From a virus: DNA of 64,000 bases. This document shows, in pieces, positions 27,883-37,259 of this stretch (its first letter is position 1; every line of letters begins with the position of its first letter). The notes beneath the pieces were generated by a model. It did not search any database. It saw nothing but the letters and a program-made list of their open reading frames with translations, and was not told where the DNA came from. The translations under genes were made by a program, and so were the position numbers. The stretch covers positions 30,583-94,582 of IMG/VR virus record IMGVR_UViG_3300031576_000014. One strand, 5' to 3'.

Positions 27883-29037
27883 ATGGGAGAGAACGAAATC
27901 AAGGTTCTGGCTGCATATGAAGAGTTCGGCGATGGGCGCCCTGTTCGCGAGCTTCTCGCCGAGTACGCCGAGCGCATCTACCAGATCGAAAAGAACATCG
28001 AGGCCGCTCCGGACGACATCGTCGAGGGCACCGTCGCAGAACGGCTTGCGCACGTCGAAGACGCCGTCGCGCAGTGGCAGCGAGAGAAAAATTCGTCTTT
28101 CGTCGTCCTGCCGAAGTCGCCGCTCTCACCGCTCGTCGATGCAATCAAGGCGAGCCCGCCGACCGGCAACATCGATTGGCCCGCGCACGCGAAGGCTGTT
28201 AGCGCTTCGACGGCGACTTCGACGGCGACGCGTGCAGCTCGGGCTGGAGCCGCCGCGATGAAAAAGGAAGTCCTTGACCACGGATACTTGCAGCTCGTCG
28301 AAACGTGGGGCTCCGACGAGCGCATCATCGAGGCCGCGCGCATGTCGACGCAGAAGGGCTTCCAGGGGTGGGGGCATCCCGATGGGGCGTGCCAGAACTG
28401 TCACGGACAGGGGGAAACGCCTCGGCATGGCGTCTGCTCGCGCTGCGGCGGGACGAAGGTCCAGAAGGCCGGCGACGAGAAGCTCCTTAAGTTCCTCTGG
28501 GAGAACGCGCACCATACGCCCTTCGAGATGACGGGGATGACCATCGAAGTGCAGGCCCCGATCTTCGTCTTCCGCGAGTGGCACCGCCACCGCGTGCCCT
28601 TCGGGTACAACGAGATGAGCGCCCGCTACGCACCGCTCCCGGACGTGAACTACATCCCGACCGTTGAGCGACTCATGATGCAGGGAGGCAGAAACAAGCA
28701 GGCCCAGGGGACCGGCGTTGCGCTCACTGAGGACCAGGCGCAGACCTTCCGCGCGATGCTCTTCGCCTCGTACAAGGATCTGGAGTTCCAGTACCAGAGC
28801 GCGCTGGATGCCGGGGTCCCCAAGGAACTTGCCAGGATCATCCTCCCCGTCGGGCGCTACAGCCGGATGATGGCGACGGGGAACCTCCGCGGGTGGCTTG
28901 CGTTTTTGAAACTGCGCCAAGCACCGAACGCGCAATACGAAATTCGCGTCTACGCCGAAGCCGTTCACGACATGCTCGCGGAGAGGTTCCCCCGCACGCT
29001 CGCGCTCTTCGACGAAGGTACTTCCAAGACGCTCTAG
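27883..29037 (+). CDS. thyX: flavin-dependent thymidylate synthase with N-terminal extension and zinc-finger insertion
   Basis: VLDHGY, AARMS, HHTPFE, PIFVFREWHRHR...NEMSARY, ELARIILP, LRQAPNAQYEIR; ThyX domain begins at ATG 28258. Confidence 0.9.
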   Translation: MGENEIKVLAAYEEFGDGRPVRELLAEYAERIYQIEKNIEAAPDDIVEGTVAERLAHVEDAVAQWQREKNSSFVVLPKSPLSPLVDAIKASPPTGNIDWPAHAKAVSASTATSTATRAARAGAAAMKKEVLDHGYLQLVETWGSDERIIEAARMSTQKGFQGWGHPDGACQNCHGQGETPRHGVCSRCGGTKVQKAGDEKLLKFLWENAHHTPFEMTGMTIEVQAPIFVFREWHRHRVPFGYNEMSARYAPLPDVNYIPTVERLMMQGGRNKQAQGTGVALTEDQAQTFRAMLFASYKDLEFQYQSALDAGVPKELARIILPVGRYSRMMATGNLRGWLAFLKLRQAPNAQYEIRVYAEAVHDMLAERFPRTLALFDEGTSKTL

Positions 29038-29915
29038 GCCGCCTGGGAGAGCGGAACAGGCACGTCGAAGCGCGTGGCCGCCCCGTCGCGCGTGCGCACG
29101 GCCACGATGAACCGGACAAGCTCCGGGTGCTGCTCGTCGAGGACTACGCGGACCCTCGCCTGCGCGACCTCCGGTTCGAGCCGGATCTGCGCCTCCGCGT
29201 CCGCCGTCACGCGCGCGAGCGTGCTCGCGAGCACGAGCTGCTTGCCGTACGTGGTCACGCCGACGCCGTAGCCGAGAAGGTGCGCGAAGCGGTTCTTGAT
29301 CGTCAGGAGGCGCCGGACGATGCGCTTCTTCAGGCCGTCGTCGCCCTCGTCGAACGCGTAGTCGCCGTCCGCCCCGACGGCGAACGTGCCGAGCGCAATC
29401 TGCCCAGCCTGGATCCCTACCGGCTGTCCTCCTCCGGGGGCGTTCCCGATGTCGCGCGCGGGCCGGGGGTTGTTGAACTGCGGCGGTTGAACTTCCTTGA
29501 ACGCCGCGTCGAACGCGCGGGCCGCCGACGCAAGCTGCTGCAAGAGGTCCGCCGAGTAGACGTTCGAGACGGCCGCCGTGTACCGGGTCGGCCAGGCGCT
29601 CATCGGACGGTCGAGCACGAGGTCGACGAACCGCCCGACGTCGTTCGAGGGAAGCTCCTCGATGGTCGGAAGCTCAACGGCGACGACGGAGACGGCCCGC
29701 ACGGCTTCCCCGTCGAGTCCGACCCCGCCCATGACGGGGACCACCGTGTACTTCGACGGATCGCTCGCGTCCCTCGGGTCGAGCAGCCCGGAGAAGAAGA
29801 CCGTCTTCCCAAACGCGAGGCGCACGACGTTCTCGTCGAGCGCGAGCGCGTCGTCGAGCGCGAGCGCGCCCGAAGGGGTGGCGCCCCACGAGAGGAAGTC
29901 CCAGGGACCGCTCAC
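29034..29915 (-). CDS. baseplate protein with C-terminal gp25/W-like domain
   Basis: KKRIVRRLLT......LGYGVG...IRLEPEV; position in the baseplate block. Confidence 0.7.
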   Translation of the reverse strand: MSGPWDFLSWGATPSGALALDDALALDENVVRLAFGKTVFFSGLLDPRDASDPSKYTVVPVMGGVGLDGEAVRAVSVVAVELPTIEELPSNDVGRFVDLVLDRPMSAWPTRYTAAVSNVYSADLLQQLASAARAFDAAFKEVQPPQFNNPRPARDIGNAPGGGQPVGIQAGQIALGTFAVGADGDYAFDEGDDGLKKRIVRRLLTIKNRFAHLLGYGVGVTTYGKQLVLASTLARVTADAEAQIRLEPEVAQARVRVVLDEQHPELVRFIVAVRTRDGAATRFDVPVPLSQAA

Positions 29916-30184
29916 GTGTCCTTCAGGTCAGGGTCGGGGTCCGTGCGGCTGACACGGCCCCCTCCGTAGGAGAGCCCGGCAGAGACGTCGATCGGCTTCG
30001 ACGGATCGCATGAGAGGGCGAAGGAGAAGCTCGGGATCGGGAGCTTGGGCGGGAAGGCGATTGCCGGCAGGAGGAACTTCAGGGAGAACTTCGGAAGCTG
30101 GATCGAGAAACCGCAAAGCTGCGCGTTGACCGTCGGCGTCGCGAAGTCCGCCCCGCCGAACCCCCCAGGAAGAGCCTGCGTCAT
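29912..30184 (-). CDS. hypothetical protein
   Basis: Coupled to the gp25-like gene; TAGCCT -10 box 6 nt before the ATG. Confidence 0.6.
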   Translation of the reverse strand: MTQALPGGFGGADFATPTVNAQLCGFSIQLPKFSLKFLLPAIAFPPKLPIPSFSFALSCDPSKPIDVSAGLSYGGGRVSRTDPDPDLKDT

Positions 30185-30240
30185 GCCTCAAGGCTAACGC
30201 ACCGCCGCGCAGGGGTCGACCGCGACAGGCGTCCGCTTCA

Positions 30241-30546
30241 TCAGTAGATCCTGATCCCGAGCCGTCCGATCGCCTCGTCCTCGCGAACGCCGAAGAGCGT
30301 GTTCACCTCGAGCCGGATGGTCCCTACGTGTGCCTTGCATTTGAGGCACCCAGCATCGGCTTCCCACGCTCGGTCATCTTTGCTCGGCCGCCGGCCTGAG
30401 CCGGCGATGGCGAACGGCTTGTCACCGCAGTAGGGGCAGGCCGCGTCGACGACTACTGCGTGGTCCGCCTCATGGAACGGTTTCTCGCACCGTTGCCGTG
30501 CGCTCCCGTCCTTCGGCAACAAATAGATCTTCTCTCGGTGCGTCAT
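30241..30546 (-). CDS. zinc-ribbon hypothetical protein
   Basis: CPYCG...CLKC. Confidence 0.6.
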   Translation of the reverse strand: MTHREKIYLLPKDGSARQRCEKPFHEADHAVVVDAACPYCGDKPFAIAGSGRRPSKDDRAWEADAGCLKCKAHVGTIRLEVNTLFGVREDEAIGRLGIRIY

Positions 30547-30968
30547 GTTGTCTTCCTTTTCCGGCTTGTCGGGATGCTCGCGAGCTTCGCTTTCAGCGTC
30601 GCGTTTTCGAGGAGCAGAGCTTCGTTCGTGCGCAGGAAATGCGCTCTTGCCTCGCCGGCTTTCTCCAGCTCGTCTTTCAACGTGTCGAGCTTCGTATGCA
30701 GCTCATCGTACTCTTTGCAGAGCTTCGACTTTTCCTCTTCACACTCCCCGCGCGCTTCATTGAGTTTCTCTTCCCAGCCATCGCCTTCGTCGGCCAGCTC
30801 TTGGATCGCGCTGAAGATCTCGTCCGTGGTTTCGCAGTCGATTCCCTCGCGTCCGCTAAGGTCGGCGCGGATCTCGTGGAGAAGCTCCAGGGCCGCGTGC
30901 AGCCGATCGCGCAAGTCTTCCTCGCGTGTGTCTTTGACGTCGCACCATGCTTGCGTGTACGCGCTCAT
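30543..30968 (-). CDS. acidic coiled-coil hypothetical protein
   Basis: MSAYTQAW start after GAGG; ATGA coupling. Confidence 0.6.
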   Translation of the reverse strand: MSAYTQAWCDVKDTREEDLRDRLHAALELLHEIRADLSGREGIDCETTDEIFSAIQELADEGDGWEEKLNEARGECEEEKSKLCKEYDELHTKLDTLKDELEKAGEARAHFLRTNEALLLENATLKAKLASIPTSRKRKTT

Positions 30969-31195
30969 GGCGCCACCTCGGGGAAAACAAATTCGACCGT
31001 CGTATCCGCGTCGCGGTACGCAACGACTAGATACCCGTTGTGTCCGCGCGAAACCTGTACGAGGTGCCCGCGACAACCATCGGGGAAGAGTGCTCCGGTC
31101 CAAACCGCTCGACCGCGTGCGAGCCGAAACCCGATCGACCCTTTGGGCCAGCTATCAATACTGTCGATGACATCAATCACTTCGAACAGTTTCAT
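30965..31195 (-). CDS. hypothetical protein
   Basis: MKLFEVID start; ATGA coupling. Confidence 0.55.
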   Translation of the reverse strand: MKLFEVIDVIDSIDSWPKGSIGFRLARGRAVWTGALFPDGCRGHLVQVSRGHNGYLVVAYRDADTTVEFVFPEVAP

Positions 31196-32463
31196 GACGC
31201 CCCCACGTATTCCCCGATCGCCTTCGAATCGGTGTCCTCGACGACGACTTCCGCCGCGCAGCGGGAGAGGACAGTCTGCTTGCGCCCCTTGTACTCTTCG
31301 TGCTTCTTCACCGTCGCCTTGACCGAGTAGCGCTTGCCCACGTCGAGCCGCGCGCTCGTTGTCCCCCACTTCGCCGCGTTGCCGCCCGCGTCCTCGAAGA
31401 GGTGAAGGTGGAGCGTCCCGTACTCCCCGTCGAAGTCGAGCACCTTCATCAAGGTGAGCACGAAGACCTCGCGCTTGCCCACCGTGCCGAAGTGGTCGTT
31501 CGCGGCGCTGCCCGCAGCCTTGCGCCGGACCGCGTCGCGGCCCATCGCGCGCTCGTACGCGTTGACGAGGGAGACCGCGTAGCCGTAGTGGCGCGGACCC
31601 ACGAACCCGGCCCGCGCGATCGCGCAGACGTTGTGCTCGAAGTCGCTCGCCGGCACGATCGCGGCGAAGTGCTCCGCGATCTGCGTCGCCTTCGCGATCT
31701 CCTCCGGGGTCGCCTGGGACGGCATCGGGAAGAGACGATCGTACGGACCGCAGACCATCCGCTGGACCGTGTCCGCGGTGAAGGGCGGCTTGCCCGACGA
31801 CTTCGGGACGTAGCCGTTCTCCCCAACCTCGCGCACGGCGTACGCGAGCACCGCGACGAGACCATGGACGTTCTCGCCCCCTCCGCCGAACCCGAACCCG
31901 TCCTCGTCGCCGCCTCCGCGGAGAAGCTCAGCGACGAACATCGCCGCCTCCGCGATCTTCTCCGGCGACGCGCGCCCGAGGAAGTCCCGCACGCACTGGC
32001 GGCCCACCTGGATCGTCCGGCCGTCCTCGTGCACGAGCACGAACGTGTCCTTGCGGTGGCGGGCAAGCTTGCAGTGCTCGCAGCGCGGCTTCGCCGTCCG
32101 GTACTCCTCCGGCAGGTCCGTCCCGGAGATGCTCCGGACGAGGTTGACGCCGTCCGCCAGGGGTTCGAGCGTCGCCGCGAACGTCCACCCGTCGAACTTG
32201 GGCGACTCGCCGAAGACCGTCACCTCGACGTACTCTGCCGCGCGGGTGTGCGGCTCGTGCCCCGACGTCCCGGAGAACTCGCACGTGGGAAGCGTGTCGG
32301 ACTTCCTGCCGCACCCGCACGAGAATTGAACGCCGGCCGCGCCCTTCCGGTAGCCGACCACCCCGCACGCGAGCTTCGCGGCCTTGCGCGTCAGGGACGC
32401 CATCTTCTTCTCGAACGCGTGAAGGTTGGAGGGGGCGATGCGGAACGTGGCTTCGGTGGGCAT
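31192..32463 (-). CDS. phage hypothetical protein with CxxC motif and C-terminal OB-fold-like region
   Basis: GWTFAATLE, CEHC..RHRK.TFV, VGRQC..DFLG, HFGTVGKR...KATVKKHEEYKG.KQT. Confidence 0.7.
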   Translation of the reverse strand: MPTEATFRIAPSNLHAFEKKMASLTRKAAKLACGVVGYRKGAAGVQFSCGCGRKSDTLPTCEFSGTSGHEPHTRAAEYVEVTVFGESPKFDGWTFAATLEPLADGVNLVRSISGTDLPEEYRTAKPRCEHCKLARHRKDTFVLVHEDGRTIQVGRQCVRDFLGRASPEKIAEAAMFVAELLRGGGDEDGFGFGGGGENVHGLVAVLAYAVREVGENGYVPKSSGKPPFTADTVQRMVCGPYDRLFPMPSQATPEEIAKATQIAEHFAAIVPASDFEHNVCAIARAGFVGPRHYGYAVSLVNAYERAMGRDAVRRKAAGSAANDHFGTVGKREVFVLTLMKVLDFDGEYGTLHLHLFEDAGGNAAKWGTTSARLDVGKRYSVKATVKKHEEYKGRKQTVLSRCAAEVVVEDTDSKAIGEYVGAS

Positions 32464-32475
32464 GGCTACCCTTTA

Positions 32476-32492
32476 TGCTAATGCTATGCCAA
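32476..32492 (-). promoter_or_regulatory. sigma54-type -24/-12 promoter TTGGCATAGCATTAGCA
   Basis: Correct GG-N10-GC spacing; 13 nt from the -12 GC to the ATG at 32463. Confidence 0.6.
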
Positions 32493-32607
32493 GTATGTCA
32501 GAGCATCTATCAGGGACTCGCCGGACGGTAGCTATGACATGCATGTCATAGCACTTAGACGAAGGCTTGTTTCGTCGGCCTTTTTGCTATGACATCCGTG
32601 TCAAAGC
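32483..32607. promoter_or_regulatory. three 22-bp dyad sites, consensus GCTATGACATGCATGTCATAGC
   Basis: 32531-32552 is a perfect palindrome; 32483-32504 matches 18/22 and 32586-32607 matches 19/22. Confidence 0.75.
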
Positions 32608-32678
32608 TATGATGTCTTTGCATGCTCTCTTGAAGGTGCGCACAACCTTGCCGCGTAAAGATTGCGCTTTTCACGCTC

Positions 32679-33719
32679 TCAGAACAGAAAGCTCTGCCGC
32701 CCGATGCCCGGCGTGTACGGCGTCGGAACGCCCGTCAGGCCGGCGAGGTCCGGGGGCTGCGTCAGGAGCGTGGCCGGGATCAGCGCCGCGAGCCCTATGC
32801 TGTCGAGCGCGCCCCCCGGCGTCGTGGCGGTCGGGGTGGCCGGCGACGCAGCACCCTGGAGCAGGGTCGTCATGATCGCCGCGAGCGTTCCAGGAAAACC
32901 CGCGTTGAAGGAAACCGTGAACGGCATCGCCCACGCCCCCAGGGCGTTCATCACGATCACGAAGTTCGCGATGAGGTTCGAGACCTGCTCGAGCGTGATC
33001 GCGTGGCCGGTCGCCCCGAGCCCGCCCGTCGCGACCGCGAGCGTGCCCTGCGTCAGGAACTGGGAGCCGTCCGCAGCCATCGTCAGCTGCGTCGTCCCCG
33101 CAGCCTGGAGGAGGAGCTGGTTCGACGCGACCTGCACCTGCACCGTCGTGTCGCCGTCCGCGCTCGAAAACCCGACCGCGTCCGCCCCGAGGAAGATGCG
33201 CGCGCCGTCCCCGTCGTTGACCAGGAACTGCCCCTTCTCGTCGAGCGCGATCTGCGAGCCGGTCGCCGCGTTGCGCACGAGGTACGCGTGAGCCGTCTCG
33301 AAGACGTACGGCGTGCGCACGCGCCGGAAAGCGAACGTGTTCTTCGTCGCGTCCATGCCGGCAACGGTGCGGGGCCAAGCGTCGATCGCGTTCGAGAGCC
33401 GCTTGACCACGATCGGCCAGCCGCTCTCGTCCCCTTCCGGGATCGCCACGAGCACCTCGTCGCCCCCGACGATCGGGTGCCAGTCCCCCTCCCCGTCGCC
33501 GGCGACGTCGTTCGCGATCCGGCACGTCACGTCGATCGCGGAGGGCTGGAGCGTCACGTCGACGACGGGGAACGGGAGCGGGTTTCCCTCCGCGTCGTTG
33601 AAACGGAGGCTCCGGGCCTCCTCGGTGTCGAGCTTCACCGTGCCGACGGAGAGCCATTGCCGGGTATCCTGGCCCGGGCCGGCGAAGCCCCTGCGCGCCG
33701 TCTCCTGGTCGTAGGCCAC
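32679..33719 (-). CDS. baseplate spike/gpV-like protein
   Basis: OB-fold-like N-terminus (P..GDEVLVAIPEGD...PIVV) followed by short beta-repeat strands. Confidence 0.75.
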   Translation of the reverse strand: MAYDQETARRGFAGPGQDTRQWLSVGTVKLDTEEARSLRFNDAEGNPLPFPVVDVTLQPSAIDVTCRIANDVAGDGEGDWHPIVGGDEVLVAIPEGDESGWPIVVKRLSNAIDAWPRTVAGMDATKNTFAFRRVRTPYVFETAHAYLVRNAATGSQIALDEKGQFLVNDGDGARIFLGADAVGFSSADGDTTVQVQVASNQLLLQAAGTTQLTMAADGSQFLTQGTLAVATGGLGATGHAITLEQVSNLIANFVIVMNALGAWAMPFTVSFNAGFPGTLAAIMTTLLQGAASPATPTATTPGGALDSIGLAALIPATLLTQPPDLAGLTGVPTPYTPGIGRQSFLF

Positions 33720-33728
33720 GCGCCGATC

Positions 33729-35657
33729 CTACTGGCTTTTCGGGATGATCCCGAACGGCCCGAGCGCGAACTGGAGAAGGGGCTTCGACGCAAGCCCGCC
33801 GAAGAGCGGCCGCACGGAACGGATCGCCTGCTCGTTCGCGCCGCCCGTGTTCTGCTGCGCCCCCTGGTCCGCCGTGTCTTTCGCCGGCCTGACCTCCCTC
33901 GGCCGCGTTCCCGACGCTGCGGCACCCGTCTCGGCCGGGGGCGGGTCGACGCGGGAGACGACGTAGTTGACCACCTTGATCTCGAAGCGCGGCGCCTCTG
34001 TCTCGGACCATGTGAGGGTCGACTCCCGCACCCTGTAGATCCTCTGGAACCCGGCCGCCGTGTACGCCCGCGCGTAGCCGCGCGCGAGCGCCGCAGAGTA
34101 GCCGAGGCTGCGCATCAGCTCCTCGCACTGTTCGCGCGAGCGGAGCCGGCGCTCCATGTCGAGTCCCGTCGAGAAGGAGCGCGAGCTGTCCATCAGGATC
34201 TCGACGCTGTCCATGGCCTTCATGTCGAGCAGGTCCGGGTCGTCGTTGCCGCCGCCGAACGAGGCGAGGTTCGTCGTCCTGACCGTGACCGCCAACTCGC
34301 TCCTGTTGATCCCGTGGTAAACGTCCTCCGCGATGCGCGCGATCGTGTCCTTGTCCGAGACGCCGGAGACGCGCCAGACGATCCACTTCTGCTCCTCTTT
34401 CCCATCGCCGGGGAGCGCGGAGACCGCCCGGTTGTCCTTGTCCGGGAAGCGGGCGACCAGAACGTTCTTCCTCACAGGGTCGTACGCGCGGACTTCGACG
34501 TTCGCCGGCTCCCGCGCGCCGAACTCGCGCTCCGGCTCCAGCTCGTCGACGTTCGCCCCGTAGACGAACGCGCGCACGGGGTAGGTGCCCGACGGCAGGT
34601 TCCGCGTCTCGTAGGGGTCGTCCTCGCGCTGCGGAACGTCGTCGCCGACGAGGGAGCGCACGCGCTGGACGATGAGCGCCGTCCCTTCGACCCGGACGGA
34701 GTGCCCGATCGATCCGCAGACGTCGGTCAAGTAGTCCCAGACGTTGAAGTTGTCCCCGCTCGTCGAGCCCCCGCCCTTCGAGACCGGCGGCCCGAGCTGC
34801 GGCCGGAAGGCGGAACCCGCGAGCGCCTCCCCTAGCCGCGGCGGCGTGTGCGCGTCGCGGGAGACGAACGGCCTGTACTCGACCGTCAGGCCCGCAAGCT
34901 GCGGGAAGTTCGAGAGGTAGACCGCGACCGCCTCGTCGATCGGCTTGTCGTAACCGACGACGAGCTTCGGGGGTGCTTGCTGCTTGATGAAGAGCCGCAC
35001 GTTGTCGACGCACTCGAGGTGGACGACGGGCTCCTCGTTCTTCGGGAAGCGCATCTTCCACTTGTCGACCCAGCCCCTGAACCGGACGTTCGTCCGGAGC
35101 TTGCCGTTGCGGTCGAGCCACGTGTCCGTCAAAGACGACGCCGGGAACCCCGGATTCTGGGCGCCCCCGCCGTAAACGTCGCCGCGCGTGAGCCCGCGCA
35201 CGCCCATCGCATGCTCCGCCGGCGTGACCGTGCCGAAAAGGAAATCGACCGCGACCGCCCGGAGCGTCATCGGGTGGAAAGGAAAATCTGTTTGCCGGAG
35301 GTCGACGACGAGCGTGTCCGGCGTCCGGATCCCGTTCTGCTTCCACTCCGCGGTCTTCGGCACGACGCCCGCGATCTCGTGCGTCAGGTCGTCCGCGCTT
35401 CCGAGCTGGTCGCTCCCGCCCCCCGCCTGCGGCGTCTGCCCCTTCGGCAGGAGAAGGAAACGCGTGGTGCCGGCCGGGGCCTCCGGGTCCGTCACGACGA
35501 CGAGCGGAGCCCGGTCGTCCTTCGTGCCCGCGAGCTGCGTCGTCGGCTTCTTCGGGGCCTTGCCCTTCAGAGTCTCCCGCTCGAACTCCTCGAACCGAAC
35601 GACGAGGCGGAGCATGGCCCGGGGGTAATAGTCCTGCGGAGGCGTTTCTAGGGGCAC
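33729..35657 (-). CDS. baseplate hub (gp27/late control D-like) protein
   Basis: FRGWVD...LECVD motif; lies between the LysM-type gene and the spike. Confidence 0.65.
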   Translation of the reverse strand: MPLETPPQDYYPRAMLRLVVRFEEFERETLKGKAPKKPTTQLAGTKDDRAPLVVVTDPEAPAGTTRFLLLPKGQTPQAGGGSDQLGSADDLTHEIAGVVPKTAEWKQNGIRTPDTLVVDLRQTDFPFHPMTLRAVAVDFLFGTVTPAEHAMGVRGLTRGDVYGGGAQNPGFPASSLTDTWLDRNGKLRTNVRFRGWVDKWKMRFPKNEEPVVHLECVDNVRLFIKQQAPPKLVVGYDKPIDEAVAVYLSNFPQLAGLTVEYRPFVSRDAHTPPRLGEALAGSAFRPQLGPPVSKGGGSTSGDNFNVWDYLTDVCGSIGHSVRVEGTALIVQRVRSLVGDDVPQREDDPYETRNLPSGTYPVRAFVYGANVDELEPEREFGAREPANVEVRAYDPVRKNVLVARFPDKDNRAVSALPGDGKEEQKWIVWRVSGVSDKDTIARIAEDVYHGINRSELAVTVRTTNLASFGGGNDDPDLLDMKAMDSVEILMDSSRSFSTGLDMERRLRSREQCEELMRSLGYSAALARGYARAYTAAGFQRIYRVRESTLTWSETEAPRFEIKVVNYVVSRVDPPPAETGAAASGTRPREVRPAKDTADQGAQQNTGGANEQAIRSVRPLFGGLASKPLLQFALGPFGIIPKSQ

Positions 35658-35658
35658 C

Positions 35659-36957
35659 TCAGGCGCTCCGCGGGGCGTTCGCGAGCGCGGGGACGATGAT
35701 CGGCACGCCCGGCCGGAACGTCGGCGTGTACCAGGGCATGCGGTTCGCCCGCAGGACGTCCGCCCCGTGGTCCGGGCTCCCGTAGAACTTCGTCGAGACG
35801 CTCTGCGGGGTCTCCCCGAGCTTCGGCACGTAGACGGCCAGCACGTCCCCCGCGCGCGTCGTCGAGGAGTCGCGGACGGAGAGCGCTCCCCGGTTCGCGC
35901 CGGAGACGAGCACCTGGCGGATCCTCGACTCGAGGATCCATCCCTGGCGCGCGACGCCGGACGCGGCGAGCTGCGCGTTGCCGAAATAACGGTGAGCCCG
36001 GAGAAGGTCCGAGACGCGCGACTTCGTCGTCATCTCCTCCGGGGGCGTGCGCGAGAGCTGGTCGGCCGCCTGGTTCGCGACCGCCCGCGTGTTGCGCGCG
36101 AGCGCGAGCACGGAGTTCGCGATCGCGAATGGCTGCGCGCGGAGCTTGCGCACCACGTCCCCCGCCTGCCGGAAGACGGCGACGGCGCGGCGCAGCGACC
36201 GGAGAGCGTTGTTGACGAGCCGGAGGGGCGCCCCCGCGAGCTGCTCGAGCTGCCCGAGCGTGAAGCCCGTCGACGAGAGCCTCCGCGCCGCGTCGATCTG
36301 GACGACCTTCGAGAGGACCGCGAACTCCATCGCCTGGACGCTCGCGTCGACCGCGTTCGCCGTCGAAGCGAGGTCCGTGTCCTGCCGCACGCTCACGGCC
36401 CTCTGCTGCGCCGCCCCGCGCCCGACCCACTGGAAGACGATCTCCCACTTGATGAACGTGTGGTCGTTGACCGGCGTCTTGAAGGACTGGGCCCGCCCCT
36501 CCCGCACGATCTTCCGGTCCTCGCCCGCGACGATCCCTCCCCTGCGCGGGTCGCCCGCGAGCGTGTTGCCGGTCGCGGACCACGTCACGCGCAGGCGCTG
36601 GCCCTCGCGCACGATCGCCTCGAGCACCTCCCGGAGCGTCATCGGGTTGATGATCCGGTTCCTCGTCCCCGTCTCGTCGTCGTAGATCGCGGGCACGCGC
36701 CCGAGCTGCGTGCGGCTCCAGACGCCGTTCCAGTTCGAAGGCATCTCCGTCGGGCCGAGCATGTGCTGCGTGCCGTCGACTCCCCCCGCGGGGAAGGACG
36801 TCGGGATCCTGTTGACGGTTCCCCAGTCCGCGCCCTGGAGCGGCAGCGACGGGCCCCGGAGGTAGAGCACGCGCGGCTTCCAGCCGGCGCCCGCCGCCGT
36901 CAGCTCCTCGATCGCGACGACGCTTCCGAAGCCTAGCTGGCTCGTGTCTATCGCCAC
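35659..36957 (-). CDS. tail tube initiator/baseplate protein with C-terminal LysM-like domain
   Basis: YVPKLGETPQSVSTKFYGS......LRAN......GVPIIVP. Confidence 0.7.
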   Translation of the reverse strand: MAIDTSQLGFGSVVAIEELTAAGAGWKPRVLYLRGPSLPLQGADWGTVNRIPTSFPAGGVDGTQHMLGPTEMPSNWNGVWSRTQLGRVPAIYDDETGTRNRIINPMTLREVLEAIVREGQRLRVTWSATGNTLAGDPRRGGIVAGEDRKIVREGRAQSFKTPVNDHTFIKWEIVFQWVGRGAAQQRAVSVRQDTDLASTANAVDASVQAMEFAVLSKVVQIDAARRLSSTGFTLGQLEQLAGAPLRLVNNALRSLRRAVAVFRQAGDVVRKLRAQPFAIANSVLALARNTRAVANQAADQLSRTPPEEMTTKSRVSDLLRAHRYFGNAQLAASGVARQGWILESRIRQVLVSGANRGALSVRDSSTTRAGDVLAVYVPKLGETPQSVSTKFYGSPDHGADVLRANRMPWYTPTFRPGVPIIVPALANAPRSA

Positions 36958-36989
36958 GGCCTAGGTCCTTCCGGCCCGCGCGCGCGGAC

Positions 36990-37199
36990 CTACTTCGCGT
37001 TCTTCATCGCCCACTGCCGGAGCGGGTTCGGCTTCGCGCCCTTCTTCTGCGCCGGGGGAACGGGCGGGGCGGGCTCGGCGGACACCGTCGGCGCGGCCTC
37101 CTCTTCCTCTTCCGGGCTCGGGCTCTCCTCTTCCTCCTCGTCGTCGTCGGGTGCGACCGCGCCTGGTTTCGGGGGGATGACCGGCATTCCGTTCGGCAT
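36990..37199 (-). CDS. small acidic/proline-rich hypothetical protein
   Basis: Fills the gap after the tape measure gene; low complexity. Confidence 0.45.
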   Translation of the reverse strand: MPNGMPVIPPKPGAVAPDDDEEEEESPSPEEEEEAAPTVSAEPAPPVPPAQKKGAKPNPLRQWAMKNAK

Positions 37200-37259
37200 G
37201 GCTCTTCGCTCCGTGTGCACTACCACTAACAGGAGCAGGAGCAGGCGCCAAGCGCCTCG

